Source: Candidatus Omnitrophota bacterium (GTDB lineage: Bacteria; Omnitrophota; Omnitrophia; Omnitrophales; Aquincolibacteriaceae). From it: a stretch of DNA of 64,000 bases. A model generated the notes under the pieces. It made no database searches. It was not told where the DNA came from and saw only the letters and a program-made list of their open reading frames with translations. This document shows positions 1 to 10,577 of this stretch, piece after piece. A program made the position numbers and the translations under genes. Each line of letters opens with the position of its first letter. The stretch's first letter is position 1. The stretch covers positions 20,257 to 84,256 of the forward strand of contig JAKJDL010000003.1 in NCBI GenBank assembly GCA_022705945.1, written 5' to 3'.

Positions 1-1078
1 CCACGGCCTTCGCATAAAAAACACCCGCCCTCTCAAGCATCCCGCTCAGGTTGCCCGTTTCCTCCCCGATCGCCACCATCTGGATCAGACTGGCCGGAAT
101 CTTTTTATCGGCTCGCAACATGACCGAGAGGGTCTCTCCCCTTCTCATCCTCTCCGGAAATTCCGCCATAGAACTTTGCAAGACAACGTTTTGCATCACA
201 TCGCTCGCCAGTTCCAGGGCCTTGATAATCGGGACCCCGCTTTTCAAAAGCAATCCCATCGTGGCCAAGAACCTTGAGAACGCGACATCTCGATTCAGGG
301 GACCAAAAACAGGGATCACAAGTTTCAGGGAATCGAGATGATATCTGCCCGGCTTCGTCCTGAGGTAACGCCAGATTCCCCAGGCGGCCAAACCCATAAC
401 GGCAAGGACCAAATACCAGTAGCGGATCACCGCAATTCCAAACACGTACAACACCTGCGTGATTACCGGCAAGTCAACCCCGGCCGTCGAAAAGATGTCA
501 ACAAATTTGGGAACGATAAAAAGCACAAGGAACAAAATCACCGCCATACCCAAACAAAAAAGTAGCGCGGGATAAAAAAGGGCACCCGTTATTTTCCGTT
601 GAATTTCAAGATGTTCATCATACAAAACATTGTAATTCCGAAGCACGGTCTCCAACTCCCCGCTGGCTTCCCCGCTTTTGATCATGCTGACAAACAGCGG
701 CGGGAAAATGTCCTTATGTTGCTCAAACGCATCAGAGATACTGGTGCCTTTTCTGAGAAGAACGACAATGTCGTCTATCGCGTTTTTTAACTTTTGGTTC
801 CGAGTTTGTTCCGCAATCATTTCAAGGCTTTTCAGGAAATTGATCCCGGCGCTCACCATGTCGTAAAGCTGCGAATAAAAGATGAGCAATTCACCGGACC
901 GCACTTTTCCAAAAAGAGGGTCGAAAAACCGCGAATGGGACAGGGTGGATTCCCGAATCTCGACGGGCCGGAGCCCTTTTTCATTGAGTTTTGCCCCGGC
1001 ATCCTTTCTGTCAAAAGCCTCGATGGTTCCCTTGACCTTTTCCCCTTTGACAGTCACCGCCCGGTAAGTAAAAAGCAT
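1..1078 (-). CDS. pilC: Type IV pilus / type II secretion platform protein PilC/GspF family; 3' (C-terminal) end truncated by the window edge
   Basis: Own translation of the minus strand starting at ATG 1078..1076, preceded by a GGAGACGGGG RBS. It gives MLFTYRAVTVKGEKVKGTIEAFDRKDAGAKLNEKGLRPVEI...GEASGELETVLRNYN...LLKSGVPIIKALELASDVM...MVAIGEETGNLSGMLERAG, a typical GspF/PilC duplicated-domain architecture. It is absent from the ORF track because the gene runs past position 1. It sits directly downstream of the PilB-like ATPase. Confidence 0.8.
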   Translation of the reverse strand, partial: MLFTYRAVTVKGEKVKGTIEAFDRKDAGAKLNEKGLRPVEIRESTLSHSRFFDPLFGKVRSGELLIFYSQLYDMVSAGINFLKSLEMIAEQTRNQKLKNAIDDIVVLLRKGTSISDAFEQHKDIFPPLFVSMIKSGEASGELETVLRNYNVLYDEHLEIQRKITGALFYPALLFCLGMAVILFLVLFIVPKFVDIFSTAGVDLPVITQVLYVFGIAVIRYWYLVLAVMGLAAWGIWRYLRTKPGRYHLDSLKLVIPVFGPLNRDVAFSRFLATMGLLLKSGVPIIKALELASDVMQNVVLQSSMAEFPERMRRGETLSVMLRADKKIPASLIQMVAIGEETGNLSGMLERAGVFYAKAV

Positions 1079-1105
1079 TCTAGTCCCCGTCTCCTTGGGA
1101 GAGCC

Positions 1106-3214
1106 TCAGAAAGAAGTCCTTCTCAAAAGCATTTTTAACCTTGCCAAAAGTTTGTCGTGATCGAACGGCTTCATCATGTAATCATCCGCTCCGGCATCAA
1201 TTCCTTTCAATTCGCTCTCCTTGTCATGCCGTGCGGTCAGCATGATGATCGGAATAACGGCGGTCTCCAGGCTCGAACGAAGCTGCTTCGTCAGCTCAAA
1301 TCCGTTCATCTTCGGCATCGTCACATCCGTAATGACAAGATCCGGCTTCTCCTGAAAGGCCAGAAGAAGTCCCTCGTTCCCGTCCCTCGCCTTGATCACG
1401 TCGCAGTTGGCCATCACAAGCCGTTTTTCCAAGGCCCGCAGAATATCCTCTTCATCATCCACAATCAGGATCAGGGGGCGTTCACCACGCCTGACCGCCA
1501 TACGGCTTACCTCGTCCTCTTCAAGGACAATGACCCGGGCAAGCTCATCCAGGGTCGTGTGTCCTTCAAGCACCTTCTCAATCGCGACGGTTGATAGCGG
1601 TTTCAACCCTTCCCTCCTGGCCTCGGTAAGAATCTCATTGGCGGAGGCCTTGCGTTCGACCATGGCTTTGATCGATTCCGTAATTTCCAAAACCTCCAGA
1701 ATCGGTATCCGCCCGAAAAATCCCGAAAAACCGCATTCTTCACAACCTTTTCCCCGATAAAACCGGGTCGCACCGGCTTTGTCCAAATAACTCCTGATTT
1801 TTTCAAGTTCGGACGGATCCGGCAGGTATTCCTCCTTGCAACGAGGACATATTCTCTTGATAAGCCTCTGGGCCACAACAACGGCCAGCGATGACGCAAT
1901 CAAATAAGGTTCCAGCCCGAGATCAAGAAGCCGGGTGATTGAGGCCACAGAGCTGTTTGTATGCAAGGTCGACAGTACGAGATGGCCCGTCAGCGACGCG
2001 CGAAAAGCAATGTCCGCGGTTTCCCGGTCCCTTATTTCTCCGACAAATATCACGTTCGGATCCTGCCTCAGGAAACTTCGGAGTGCCGTTGAAAACAGAA
2101 AATCTTTCGCGGGATTAATCTGGGTCTGATTAATACCTTCAATCAGATATTCAATGGGATCTTCTATGGTCACAATATTCTTTGTTTCACATTTGATGTA
2201 ATTCAGCGTCGCATAAAGCGTAGTCGTTTTCCCGGAACCCGTCGGCCCCGTCACCAGAACCATCCCCTGGGGCTTGACAATGTGATTCTTGTACTTTTGC
2301 AGGCTCTTTGGATCAAACCCCACGTTGTCGAGATCGACCCTCATCGCCTTGGGATCCAGTATTCTGATTTCCACTTTTTCCCCGTAGGCGGTCGGGATCG
2401 TTGCAATTCTCAAATCAATCTTTCTGTCCTGAAAAAGCAGCTTGAGCCGCCCGTCCTGGGGTTTCCGTTTTTCCACAACATCCATGCCGGCGAGAATTTT
2501 AATCCGTGCGGCAAGCTCCACCTGCAACTTGGCGGGTACTTCCATGATGTTTCGCAGATCCCCGTCAATCCGGTATCGGACCTTCACCTGATTTTCTTCC
2601 GGTTCAATGTGAATATCGCTGGCCCGGGCCTTGAGCGCATCCTTCATGATCAGGTTGTACAAACGGACAATCGGAGACGCCTCATCCTTCATGGAGGTTT
2701 GGTCGATGACGATTCCTCCGCTCTCTTCTTCCCGAATGATTTCAAACGGAGCTGCGTCGGGGACATTTTTCAGAATATCATAGATGGAATCATCCGTTTG
2801 GTAGTGTTTGTTGATAGCCTTGTTAATATCGCTCTTCGTGCAAAGGGTGGGTTTCACTTTGAGTTTCGTCCGGATCCTCACCTGCTCCATCGCCATGAGG
2901 TCCTGGGGGTTACTCATGGCCAGAACAAGAACATCCCCTTCGCGTCTGACCGGAAATACCCCATATCGCTTGACGATCTCGTATGTCAACAGGCAAAGGG
3001 CTGCAGGATCGATGGTTTCCCTTTCCAGATCAGACAGCGGCATCTTGTAAACCCTGGAGGCCGTTTTAAGGAGATCTTCTTCCTTCAGAAACCCCATCTC
3101 CACAAGGAGTTCATGGACAGGTTTCTTGGCTCCAATCTGCTTCGTTTTCGCATCAGCAAGCTGTTCCGAACTGATTAGCCGCTCTCTGATCAGTTCGTCA
3201 AACAGAGAAGACAT
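1106..3214 (-). CDS. pilB: PilB/GspE-family secretion ATPase with a fused C-terminal response-regulator receiver (REC) domain
   Basis: 702 aa. It has an N-terminal T2SSE_N-like domain, a Walker A motif GPTGSGKTTT, the tetracysteine motif CPRCKEEY...CEECGFSG, and a C-terminal segment LILIVDDEEDILRALEKRL...DLVITDVTMPKMNGFELTKQLR typical of CheY-like receivers (acceptor Asp in DLVITDV). Confidence 0.9.
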   Translation of the reverse strand: MSSLFDELIRERLISSEQLADAKTKQIGAKKPVHELLVEMGFLKEEDLLKTASRVYKMPLSDLERETIDPAALCLLTYEIVKRYGVFPVRREGDVLVLAMSNPQDLMAMEQVRIRTKLKVKPTLCTKSDINKAINKHYQTDDSIYDILKNVPDAAPFEIIREEESGGIVIDQTSMKDEASPIVRLYNLIMKDALKARASDIHIEPEENQVKVRYRIDGDLRNIMEVPAKLQVELAARIKILAGMDVVEKRKPQDGRLKLLFQDRKIDLRIATIPTAYGEKVEIRILDPKAMRVDLDNVGFDPKSLQKYKNHIVKPQGMVLVTGPTGSGKTTTLYATLNYIKCETKNIVTIEDPIEYLIEGINQTQINPAKDFLFSTALRSFLRQDPNVIFVGEIRDRETADIAFRASLTGHLVLSTLHTNSSVASITRLLDLGLEPYLIASSLAVVVAQRLIKRICPRCKEEYLPDPSELEKIRSYLDKAGATRFYRGKGCEECGFSGFFGRIPILEVLEITESIKAMVERKASANEILTEARREGLKPLSTVAIEKVLEGHTTLDELARVIVLEEDEVSRMAVRRGERPLILIVDDEEDILRALEKRLVMANCDVIKARDGNEGLLLAFQEKPDLVITDVTMPKMNGFELTKQLRSSLETAVIPIIMLTARHDKESELKGIDAGADDYMMKPFDHDKLLARLKMLLRRTSF

Positions 3215-3462
3215 AATCTATTTCCTTTTTTGAGAGTCTTTCGGCAGAAACAGTGGGTATTGTGTTTTAAAAAGGCCATATCGTCCAGCAAAATTTGAAG
3301 TTTAAACGGGTTTTCCCCTTGGGGTACCGGGCAGTTATCACTCCTGGCACAACAACCATGCCAACCCCGGAGGATTTCCCGGCACAAAGGGAAGGAAAAA
3401 CAGGGAATTACGATGGAAAGATATAAACCTATGTGCGACCTGAGACATAGGTTAAAGAAAAG

Positions 3463-3536
3463 TGGGCCCGCCTGGACTTGAACCAGGGACCAAGCGATTA
3501 TGAGTCGCCTGCTCTAACCAACTGAGCTACGGGCCC
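3463..3536 (-). tRNA. tRNA-Met (anticodon CAU), elongator-type; could alternatively be tRNA-Ile2 (lysidine)
   Basis: Minus-strand sequence GGGCCCGTAGCTCAGTTGGTTAGAGCAGGCGACTCATAATCGCTTGGTCCCTGGTTCAAGTCCAGGCGGGCCCA folds by hand into a cloverleaf. Acceptor stem 7 bp (GGGCCCG/CGGGCCC), D arm GCTC/GAGC, anticodon stem GGCGA/TCGCT with loop CTCATAA, T arm CCTGG-TTCAAGT-CCAGG, discriminator A. The 1:72 position is a paired G:C, so it is not an initiator. No CCA is encoded. Confidence 0.8.
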
Positions 3537-3637
3537 CCAAAAACACAGAGGCGCCCCTTACATCCCGATCGCGGGGCTAGAATATCGGAGAAAAAAGGGC
3601 TTGGCAATAAAACAATTGTTTCGGAGAAAGAAACTTT

Positions 3638-4043
3638 TCAGGAAGATTGAAGTATTTGCTCAACCTTGCTCTGGAGGTTCACAAGGTCGAAGGGTTTTTC
3701 AATGTAACCGCTGATTCCCTCAAGCTCAAAAAGAGACTGCATGGTCGCGCCGGCTCCGGTAAGAATAATCACGGGCGTTTTTCTCAGCCTTGTCTGGGTT
3801 TCGATATTATCGTGGCGGTAGGAACGGAGCTTGCGAAGATAGGTCAGACCGTCTTCGCCGTGCGGGATCCGGACATCGACAAGCACTATGTCGGGGTGAT
3901 GCTCCTCGGTCTTTTTGAGACCTTCGGCGCCTTCGTTCGCCGTCAGAACTTTATAGCCGACCGTTTCGAAACGGGCTTTGACAATCTGACAGATATCATC
4001 CTCGTCATCTATGACCAAAATGCACTTTGAGCCCTCAGGCATG
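3638..4043 (-). CDS. Stand-alone response-regulator receiver domain protein (CheY-like)
   Basis: ILVIDDEDDICQIVKARF...DIVLVDVRIPHGEDGLTYLRKLR...IILTGAG are receiver motifs. The likely start is ATG at 4043 (MPEGSK...) with a GGAGG RBS 5-6 nt upstream; the track ORF extends to 4084. Confidence 0.8.
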
Positions 4044-4113
4044 ATACCCCTCCGATTGCTAAAACTTCCATCGTCAACTTCCAAAGAAACTGAACCGAAC
4101 GGGCGTTATTTTA

Positions 4114-5862
4114 TTACTCACTCAACTTGATATCCAGAAAATTCTTGAGTTTGCGGGCCCGGATCGGATGCCTCAACTTCCGCAAAGCCTTCGCTTCAAT
4201 CTGCCGAACGCGCTCGCGGGTCACATTAAAAATATGCCCCACTTCTTCAAGAGTCCTCGGATAACCATCCCCGATCCCGAACCTGAGCCGGAGAACTTTT
4301 TCTTCTCTCTCGGTCAGCGTCAGAAGCACATCATCCATTTGCTCTTTGAGCATGCTGTAGGCCGTCGCATTCGCCGGAGAAACCGCGGACTTGTCTTCGA
4401 TAAAATCCCCGAAGGTCGTATCTCCCTCGTCCCCGATCGGGGTTTGAAGGCTGATAGGTTCCTGCGCGATCTTGAGAATGCCCTTCACCTTATCAAGCGG
4501 CATTTTCATAACATGCGCCACCTCTTCAGGGGTGGGTTCACGGCCCGTTTCCTGAACCAGATGCCGCGACGCACGGAAAAACTTATTGATCGTTTCTATC
4601 ATGTGGACGGGAATACGAATCGTCCGGGCCTGATCCGCGATCGAACGCGTGATCGCCTGGCGAATCCACCAGGTCGCGTAAGTCGAAAACTTGTAGCCGC
4701 GTTTGTATTCGAATTTATCGACGGCTTTCATCAAACCGATATTTCCCTCCTGGATCAGGTCCAGGAACGAAAGGCCCCGGTTTGTATATTTTTTCGCGAT
4801 ACTCACCACAAGCCGGAGGTTGGCCGCCACAAGCGCTTTTTTAGCTTTGGAGAGCTCATATTCCCGTTTGACTATTCCTTTAAAATGCTCCAGGAGTTTT
4901 TCTTCGGACTCTCCCAATTCTTTCAGAATTTCACGGTTGCGTTCTTCAAGCTTTCCGATTTTCCCGCGGACACTGCTTCTGCGGACTCTTTTGATCTCCT
5001 CGCGATTTTTCCGGAGCTCACGAAGCTTCGCGCGGAGATTCGCCACGATCTTCTCAACGATCTGGATACTGAGATTAAACTGAAACAACAGGGCGGAAAT
5101 ATTGGACTGCTTACGGGACGCTCGAAACTTGCGAATCAGCTGTTGGAGCTTTTTCTTAAGCGTCTGGATCTTGACTTCCTGATCTTCGTCAACAATCTCT
5201 TCAAGCTGAAGCTCTCCGTCCAGGATCTTCCGCGCGATCTCAAGCACCTCATGACGGGCCGCTTTGGTCTGGTAAACAACCTTTTTTAGTTCCTCTTCAC
5301 AGTCCTCGATCTTTTTGGCCAGCGCAATTTCCTGCTCGCGCGTCAAAAGGGCGATCTGTCCCATTTGCCTGAGATAGGTCCGCACGGGATCGTCGATCCT
5401 GACCCGCTCCGGCTCTTCGATCCCGTCTTCTTCTAATTCGGAATCCTTGGTCTTCTTGGCGTCCACATCCTGCAGGACATCTATGGTGGACTTGCCCTGT
5501 TCCCCGATCGCCTCGCTCGTAACCCCGATCCCTTTTTCGTTCAGCTTGGCAATAAGCTCCTCGACCTTATCCGCCGACTGCATGTCGGCGGAAAGATTCT
5601 TTTTCATCTGCTCGATCGTGACAAACCCCTGCTTTTTGCCGAGGGCCATGAGCATTTCAAGAGCCGCGTCCATTTGTTGAGGAGTCACCGAAACGGCTTT
5701 CGCCTTTGAAGACGCGCCGCCCTTAGAGGGCTTCTTGCCGCGGGCACCGGACTTGGAAACGGATTTAACCGTTTTAGGGGAAGGTTTTTTAACCGTCTTT
5801 TTCACCCCGCTCAATCTCCCATTTGAAATGATTTTGAGGATAAGGACACGTTTTCCCGGCAA
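4114..5862 (-). CDS. rpoD: RNA polymerase sigma-70 factor RpoD with a lysine-rich N-terminal low-complexity extension
   Basis: Conserved regions 2-4, e.g. [60 protein letters not shown] and [29 protein letters not shown]. It lies downstream of dnaG, the classic dnaG-rpoD arrangement. The true start is uncertain: ATG 5862 or GTG about 5805 after a GGGAGA. Confidence 0.9.
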   Translation of the reverse strand: MPGKRVLILKIISNGRLSGVKKTVKKPSPKTVKSVSKSGARGKKPSKGGASSKAKAVSVTPQQMDAALEMLMALGKKQGFVTIEQMKKNLSADMQSADKVEELIAKLNEKGIGVTSEAIGEQGKSTIDVLQDVDAKKTKDSELEEDGIEEPERVRIDDPVRTYLRQMGQIALLTREQEIALAKKIEDCEEELKKVVYQTKAARHEVLEIARKILDGELQLEEIVDEDQEVKIQTLKKKLQQLIRKFRASRKQSNISALLFQFNLSIQIVEKIVANLRAKLRELRKNREEIKRVRRSSVRGKIGKLEERNREILKELGESEEKLLEHFKGIVKREYELSKAKKALVAANLRLVVSIAKKYTNRGLSFLDLIQEGNIGLMKAVDKFEYKRGYKFSTYATWWIRQAITRSIADQARTIRIPVHMIETINKFFRASRHLVQETGREPTPEEVAHVMKMPLDKVKGILKIAQEPISLQTPIGDEGDTTFGDFIEDKSAVSPANATAYSMLKEQMDDVLLTLTEREEKVLRLRFGIGDGYPRTLEEVGHIFNVTRERVRQIEAKALRKLRHPIRARKLKNFLDIKLSE

Positions 5863-5965
5863 ACCGAGGCCACAACAGGCAAGACTCCTTCGGGATTCAC
5901 AGAGCTGAATATTATATTTAAGGAAGGGAAAGAATACAAAGGAATTTATCGTTGATGCGGAGCGC

Positions 5966-7762
5966 CTATTTTGCCTTGATATCGCGTAAAAGCGCCTGAT
6001 ACTCCCTTGTATAGGTGAGGATCCCCGCGTGATCCCTGGCGGATTCGGCTTCCCGGATCAGCCTCCGCAATTCCTCCAACCGGACGTTCCCGTGGCGGCA
6101 GAGAATCTTATTAAGACAATCTGAAAAAATCCTGCTCTTGTCCTCGGCCTCCTCGATTGCGGCAAGAGCCTCGACAAGCTGCTCCCGGTAACCGGCATCG
6201 GAGACGCTGTTGATGATCGCAGGCAAAGACCTTTTCTTTTTTTGCCTGACGGAATTCAGCAGGAAAGAAAAAAATTCCCGACTGATCGGGGAACCGAGAT
6301 CCTCCTCCTTCAACTGAGCCTCCGCCTGACTCACAAACCCTTCATCTTCCGCCATCAGGGCCAACAGCACTATTTCCTCTTTGGGAACAGATGAAGCGGG
6401 TTTTTTCGTCTCGGGAACTCCGCTCCTTCTTCTCCCCTGCCCGCCAGGATCAGCTTTCGACACTTTCTGAAACTCGGCCCGGAGAGAACCTTCATCGATG
6501 CGAAGCTCGCGGGAAAGACGCTTGATATATTCCGCGCAAATCACGGGACTCGAGACCTTCCGGAAAGTCTCGATCATTTCACGGCTGATCTTGGCTAGCC
6601 CCAGCGCGTCGGCCCTCGGATAACGGCCAAGAAGCATTTTGAGCTTGTAATCAAAAAAGTCCTGGGCGGTCTTCAAAAGTCCCGCAAAAGCCTCCGCTCC
6701 CTTTTTATGAACAAAATCGTCCGGATCAAACCCTTGCGGAAGACTGACAATCTTGACCTGCATCCCGCCTTCAAGCAGGACCTCAAGCCCGCGCATCGCG
6801 GCCGCCTCCCCCGCCTTGTCTCCGTCGTAGACCACGGTCACCTCTTCGGCAAAGCGCTTCATCAAACGAACGTGATCCTCGCCGAGCGCCGTCCCGAGCG
6901 TCGCGACCGTATTTTTGAATCCATACTGGTAAAGCGCGAGAAAATCCATATACCCTTCCACAAGAATCAGGTTCGGCCATTCCCGGTCGATGAATTTTTT
7001 CGCGAGGTTCAAACCGAAGAGCTCCCTGCGTTTTGAAAAGATCGGATTTTCCGGTGAGTTCAGGTATTTGGGTCCCTCACCGTCCCCAAGCAGTCGTCCT
7101 CCGAAAGCAACGGGCCTGTTCTGCAGGTTCATGATCGGAAAAAGAAGGCGCCCCCGGAAGGTGTCGTAGAAATTCCCCTTGGAAGATTGCTGGATGAGCG
7201 CGGACTGTTTAAGAAACGCCTCGGAATACCCTTTGGGGATCAAATGATCATAAAGAGTCCTCCACTCATCGGGCGCCCAGCCAATCCGGAATTCCCGGGC
7301 GATCTCATCCGTGATACCGCGGCTCGCCAGATAGGCCCTCGCCTTTCCCCCGGACTCGCCCCAAAAGAGCTTTTGATAGAAATCGGCCGCGCGCTGATAA
7401 ACTTCGTAGAACTTGTCTTTCTGTGAGGAAGCGCTTCCCGGAAACCGTTTTTCCGGAAGCGTGATATGGGCCCGGTCCGCAAGCATCTTGAGAGCTTCGG
7501 GAAAAGAAAGGTTCTCATAACGCATCAAGAAGCTGAAGACATCCCCTCCCGCCTTGCATCCGAAACAGTGAAACAGTTGTTTTTCCGGATGAACCATGAA
7601 CGAAGGGGTTTTTTCTCCGTGGAACGGGCAACACGCCTTGAAATTACGGCCGGAGCGCTTCAGGGGAACAAACTGGGAGATGATCTCAACAATGTCGTTG
7701 GCTTCGGCCACCCGCTCGACGACATCATCGTGCTCGCGGGCACGGGAAAAATCCGTCCTCAT
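5966..7762 (-). CDS. dnaG: DNA primase DnaG
   Basis: Zinc-ribbon [35 protein letters not shown] and Toprim region [30 protein letters not shown]. Start set at ATG 7762 ([18 protein letters not shown]...). The longer track ORF (to 8047) overlaps the upstream cvpA gene and is rejected. Confidence 0.88.
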   Translation of the reverse strand: MRTDFSRAREHDDVVERVAEANDIVEIISQFVPLKRSGRNFKACCPFHGEKTPSFMVHPEKQLFHCFGCKAGGDVFSFLMRYENLSFPEALKMLADRAHITLPEKRFPGSASSQKDKFYEVYQRAADFYQKLFWGESGGKARAYLASRGITDEIAREFRIGWAPDEWRTLYDHLIPKGYSEAFLKQSALIQQSSKGNFYDTFRGRLLFPIMNLQNRPVAFGGRLLGDGEGPKYLNSPENPIFSKRRELFGLNLAKKFIDREWPNLILVEGYMDFLALYQYGFKNTVATLGTALGEDHVRLMKRFAEEVTVVYDGDKAGEAAAMRGLEVLLEGGMQVKIVSLPQGFDPDDFVHKKGAEAFAGLLKTAQDFFDYKLKMLLGRYPRADALGLAKISREMIETFRKVSSPVICAEYIKRLSRELRIDEGSLRAEFQKVSKADPGGQGRRRSGVPETKKPASSVPKEEIVLLALMAEDEGFVSQAEAQLKEEDLGSPISREFFSFLLNSVRQKKKRSLPAIINSVSDAGYREQLVEALAAIEEAEDKSRIFSDCLNKILCRHGNVRLEELRRLIREAESARDHAGILTYTREYQALLRDIKAK

Positions 7763-7767
7763 ACCGG

Positions 7768-8355
7768 TCAGGCCGCCGGCTTTTTGTCGGCGCCCCGCAT
7801 CCCGGGGAATGGAGCCGTGGCAAATTGCTGAATGACCGGAGCGAGGCTTGCGATTGTCTTTCCCGAATAGGAACCGCGGGACGTGAACGGTTTTTTGATA
7901 TCCTCTCCGGGCATAAAAAGGATCACCTGGACAAGGAAGCTCAAAAGCAGCGCGCAGTAAAGTCCCCCGAAAATAACGCCGCCAATAAATCTCAGGAAAG
8001 AAGATACGTCGACCCTGAATATCTTGCCGGCAAAATTGAATACCCACCCAACAAGCAACCAGACGACGGCCGCGAGCGGGATAAACACCACGGGATCTGC
8101 CATTTCACGGTTGAGGGCGGGGATGATTTTTATCAAGTAGGCGCTGATCAAGGGATAAAAGGACAGCGTAAAAACAATGATCAGAAGGATCTCCAGAACC
8201 CTTGCGAACATCTCGACAAAGCCTTTCTTGGCGCCCTGGAGCATTCCGGAGAGAACGAAAAAAAGCACGACCCAGTCAATAACCGCAAACTCTCGGACGA
8301 CGGTATAGAATGCGGTTTTCTGAACATCATCAATCAGCTTCCACAAAAAATCCAT
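7768..8355 (-). CDS. cvpA: CvpA-family membrane protein (colicin V production protein-like)
   Basis: 195 aa, four predicted TM helices; N-terminal FAVIDWVVLFFVLSGMLQGAKKGFVEMF resembles the CvpA consensus. Confidence 0.6.
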   Translation of the reverse strand: MDFLWKLIDDVQKTAFYTVVREFAVIDWVVLFFVLSGMLQGAKKGFVEMFARVLEILLIIVFTLSFYPLISAYLIKIIPALNREMADPVVFIPLAAVVWLLVGWVFNFAGKIFRVDVSSFLRFIGGVIFGGLYCALLLSFLVQVILFMPGEDIKKPFTSRGSYSGKTIASLAPVIQQFATAPFPGMRGADKKPAA

Positions 8356-8358
8356 TCC

Positions 8359-9669
8359 CTACCCCCCTTCATCTGAACCTTGGACATCTCCAAGGCAACC
8401 GTCATCGCAAAGATCCCTCAGGATCACGGGTATGATACATCCTCGGATGTCCCGAGGGAAATCAAAAAACACTCGAAGATAATTCGGAGCGTACCCCTCC
8501 CAACAACCCGTTCCCGGATCCCTGTGTTCCGCGAGCACTTTAAATTCCCGTCCCAAAAATTCTTCCCGGACTTCCGCTGAAATTTGTCCGCTCCACTCGG
8601 ATATCCGCCGAACCCGTTCCCGGACAACAGTGCCGGGAAGAATTTTTAAACGATCAGCACGCGTCCCCTTCCGTCTGCTGAACGGGAAAATATGACTTTT
8701 GAGCGGACGAACATTTTTTAAAACCTCCAGGCTTTTCAAAAAAGCGTCTTCCGTTTCACCGGGAAATCCGACCATGACGTCCAGACTCAAACAGAAATCC
8801 GGCACCGCTTCGCGAAGTTTACTGATCGTTTCGATATAGAGCGAGGGCGAGTAGCGCCTGTTCATTTGTTTGAGAACCGCATCATCCCCGCTTTGCAAAG
8901 GGATATGAACATGCGGGCAAAGCTTCGGCACTTCCCGGAACGCGCCGATCAAAGACTCCCGGATATCCGTCGGCTCGACCGAACTCAGACGGATCCTTTC
9001 GATCCCTTCGAATTCGGCGCAATCCCGGATCAACTCCGCCAGGGCTCCCTCGTTCCCTTTCTCCAGGCCGTAGGCCCCGAGCTGAATACCCGTGAGAATA
9101 ATCTCACGGTAACCCGCGTCACGAAGCCGCCGAACTTCCTCGAGAACATCCCGCGGCGGACGGCTCCTCGAACGTCCCCGGGCAAGCACGACCTTGCAAT
9201 AGCTGCAGGAATGATTGCAGCCATCCTGAATTTTCACGTTCGCCCGCGTCCGGCCGTCGCTTTTGGCGATTTCAAGAGGAAGAAACTCTGTCCCTTGCGA
9301 CGCCGGGCCGGGACATGAGCCGTGTCCACCGCCGGTCAGAACTTCGGCGATCCGGTTCTTCCCCTGGTTGGAGAAAATCATATCGACTTCGGGCATCCTC
9401 TCGAGAACATCCCGGTCCGTTTCCGCGAAACATCCCGTTACAACCAGCCGGCACTCGGGATACTCGCGCTTTAACCGGCGGATCCAGTTACGGTTGGCGC
9501 GATCGGCATCCCCAGTCACCGTGCAGGTATTCACGATCACAAGATCAGCGGACCCGCTCCCCTCCGTGACTTCCCGGGCGCCCGTTTTCTCAAGGGACTC
9601 GCGTATCGCCTGAGTCTCGTATTGATTGACCTTGCAGCCGAATGTTTTAAGAAGGAATTTTTTCGTCAT
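8359..9669 (-). CDS. mtaB: Radical-SAM methylthiotransferase, MtaB/MiaB/RimO family (most like MtaB)
   Basis: N-terminal MTTase motif KTFGCKVNQYETQ, radical-SAM CNHSCSYCKV cluster, C-terminal TRAM-like region. Confidence 0.8.
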   Translation of the reverse strand: MTKKFLLKTFGCKVNQYETQAIRESLEKTGAREVTEGSGSADLVIVNTCTVTGDADRANRNWIRRLKREYPECRLVVTGCFAETDRDVLERMPEVDMIFSNQGKNRIAEVLTGGGHGSCPGPASQGTEFLPLEIAKSDGRTRANVKIQDGCNHSCSYCKVVLARGRSRSRPPRDVLEEVRRLRDAGYREIILTGIQLGAYGLEKGNEGALAELIRDCAEFEGIERIRLSSVEPTDIRESLIGAFREVPKLCPHVHIPLQSGDDAVLKQMNRRYSPSLYIETISKLREAVPDFCLSLDVMVGFPGETEDAFLKSLEVLKNVRPLKSHIFPFSRRKGTRADRLKILPGTVVRERVRRISEWSGQISAEVREEFLGREFKVLAEHRDPGTGCWEGYAPNYLRVFFDFPRDIRGCIIPVILRDLCDDGCLGDVQGSDEGG

Positions 9670-9720
9670 TTTTGTTATTGAAGGAATCGCGCAAACTGCG
9701 CCCCGCCGGGAGTGTCCGGT

Positions 9721-10530
9721 TCAGATGATTTCCAGGAATCGGAGAGCGCTGAGGACTCCGACAAAAGCCGTATCCGCTTTAAGTACCGTATCGCCCAGGC
9801 CGACAACCCATGTATTTTCGCCGGCCCGACAAGAAAGCGCCCGGCCGATCTCTTCGTCCGTAAAACCGCCCTCCGGACCGATGAGAACGTTAAGGGATTT
9901 AAAATCATTTGTTCTTACCCTGAAAGCCTCCGCCCATTTCATAAAAGCCGGGGAGTCCGGGCCGGGATGAAAGATCACAAGCGCGTCCTCCGGCCCCAAA
10001 CTTTCAACGGCCCGCGCGAACATTTTCGGCTCCGTGATTTTTACGGTTTTCAGGACACCGGACTGCTTGCTCGCCTCGACCGCGATCCTGCGCCAGCGGT
10101 CCGCGGTTTTTGAGATCCTGTCGCCGGGTATTTTGACTTCGCAGCGGTCAGAAAAAATCGGGAAAAATTCATCCGCTCCAAGCTCCTGCGCTTTTTCAAC
10201 CAGAAGATCGTTCTTTCCCTTCTGCAAAAGAGCCGGCATCATCCGTAGGAAAATCTTGTTAGGCCGCGCCTCTACTTTTCTTTTGATTCCGAGAATGGCG
10301 AGCCGGGTCCTTCCGTCCCTGAGGAATTCGCAAATCTCCGCCTCCGCCTCCCATCCCTGCCCGTCCGTCACGAGACAACGGTCGCCGACACCGAGACGTA
10401 TGATGTCCCGGAGGTGGCGGGTCTCACCGGGCTCGATGAAAATAATACCCTGGGCCTGGCTAAGCGGCCGAGGAATATAAAAACGACGGAGACGGCGGCC
10501 CTGCTGCTTGTGGTTTTGTCTTGGATCCAT
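9721..10530 (-). CDS. rsmE: 16S rRNA (uracil1498-N3)-methyltransferase RsmE
   Basis: RRFYIP...IEPGETRHLRDIIRLGVGDRCLVTDGQGWEAEAEI N-terminal PUA-like region and a C-terminal SPOUT region ending VGLGDTVLKADTAFVGVLSAL. Confidence 0.8.
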   Translation of the reverse strand: MDPRQNHKQQGRRLRRFYIPRPLSQAQGIIFIEPGETRHLRDIIRLGVGDRCLVTDGQGWEAEAEICEFLRDGRTRLAILGIKRKVEARPNKIFLRMMPALLQKGKNDLLVEKAQELGADEFFPIFSDRCEVKIPGDRISKTADRWRRIAVEASKQSGVLKTVKITEPKMFARAVESLGPEDALVIFHPGPDSPAFMKWAEAFRVRTNDFKSLNVLIGPEGGFTDEEIGRALSCRAGENTWVVGLGDTVLKADTAFVGVLSALRFLEII

Positions 10531-10577
10531 TTCGTCCTGTTCCGAACACGAAATCCGAATGAGCGGATCGCCGTGCT

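Noticed and set aside
51-1138. Plus-strand ORFs 51..341, 338..565, 599..790, 794..1138 at the window start
   Set aside because: The minus strand here encodes a clear PilC/GspF homolog (own translation). It is missing from the track only because it lacks a stop inside the window. The plus-strand ORFs are antisense shadows with no recognisable motifs.
3215-3462. Small ORF 3190..3387 (minus) and possible regulatory RNA between tRNA-Met and pilB
   Set aside because: The ORF is Cys/Arg-rich with no motifs and overlaps the pilB start region. No conserved riboswitch-like structure could be recognised by eye.
7762-8047. N-terminal 95-aa extension of the dnaG ORF (track start 8047)
   Set aside because: The extension overlaps cvpA in another frame and has no similarity to primases. 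The DnaG zinc-ribbon homology begins right after the internal Met at 7762.
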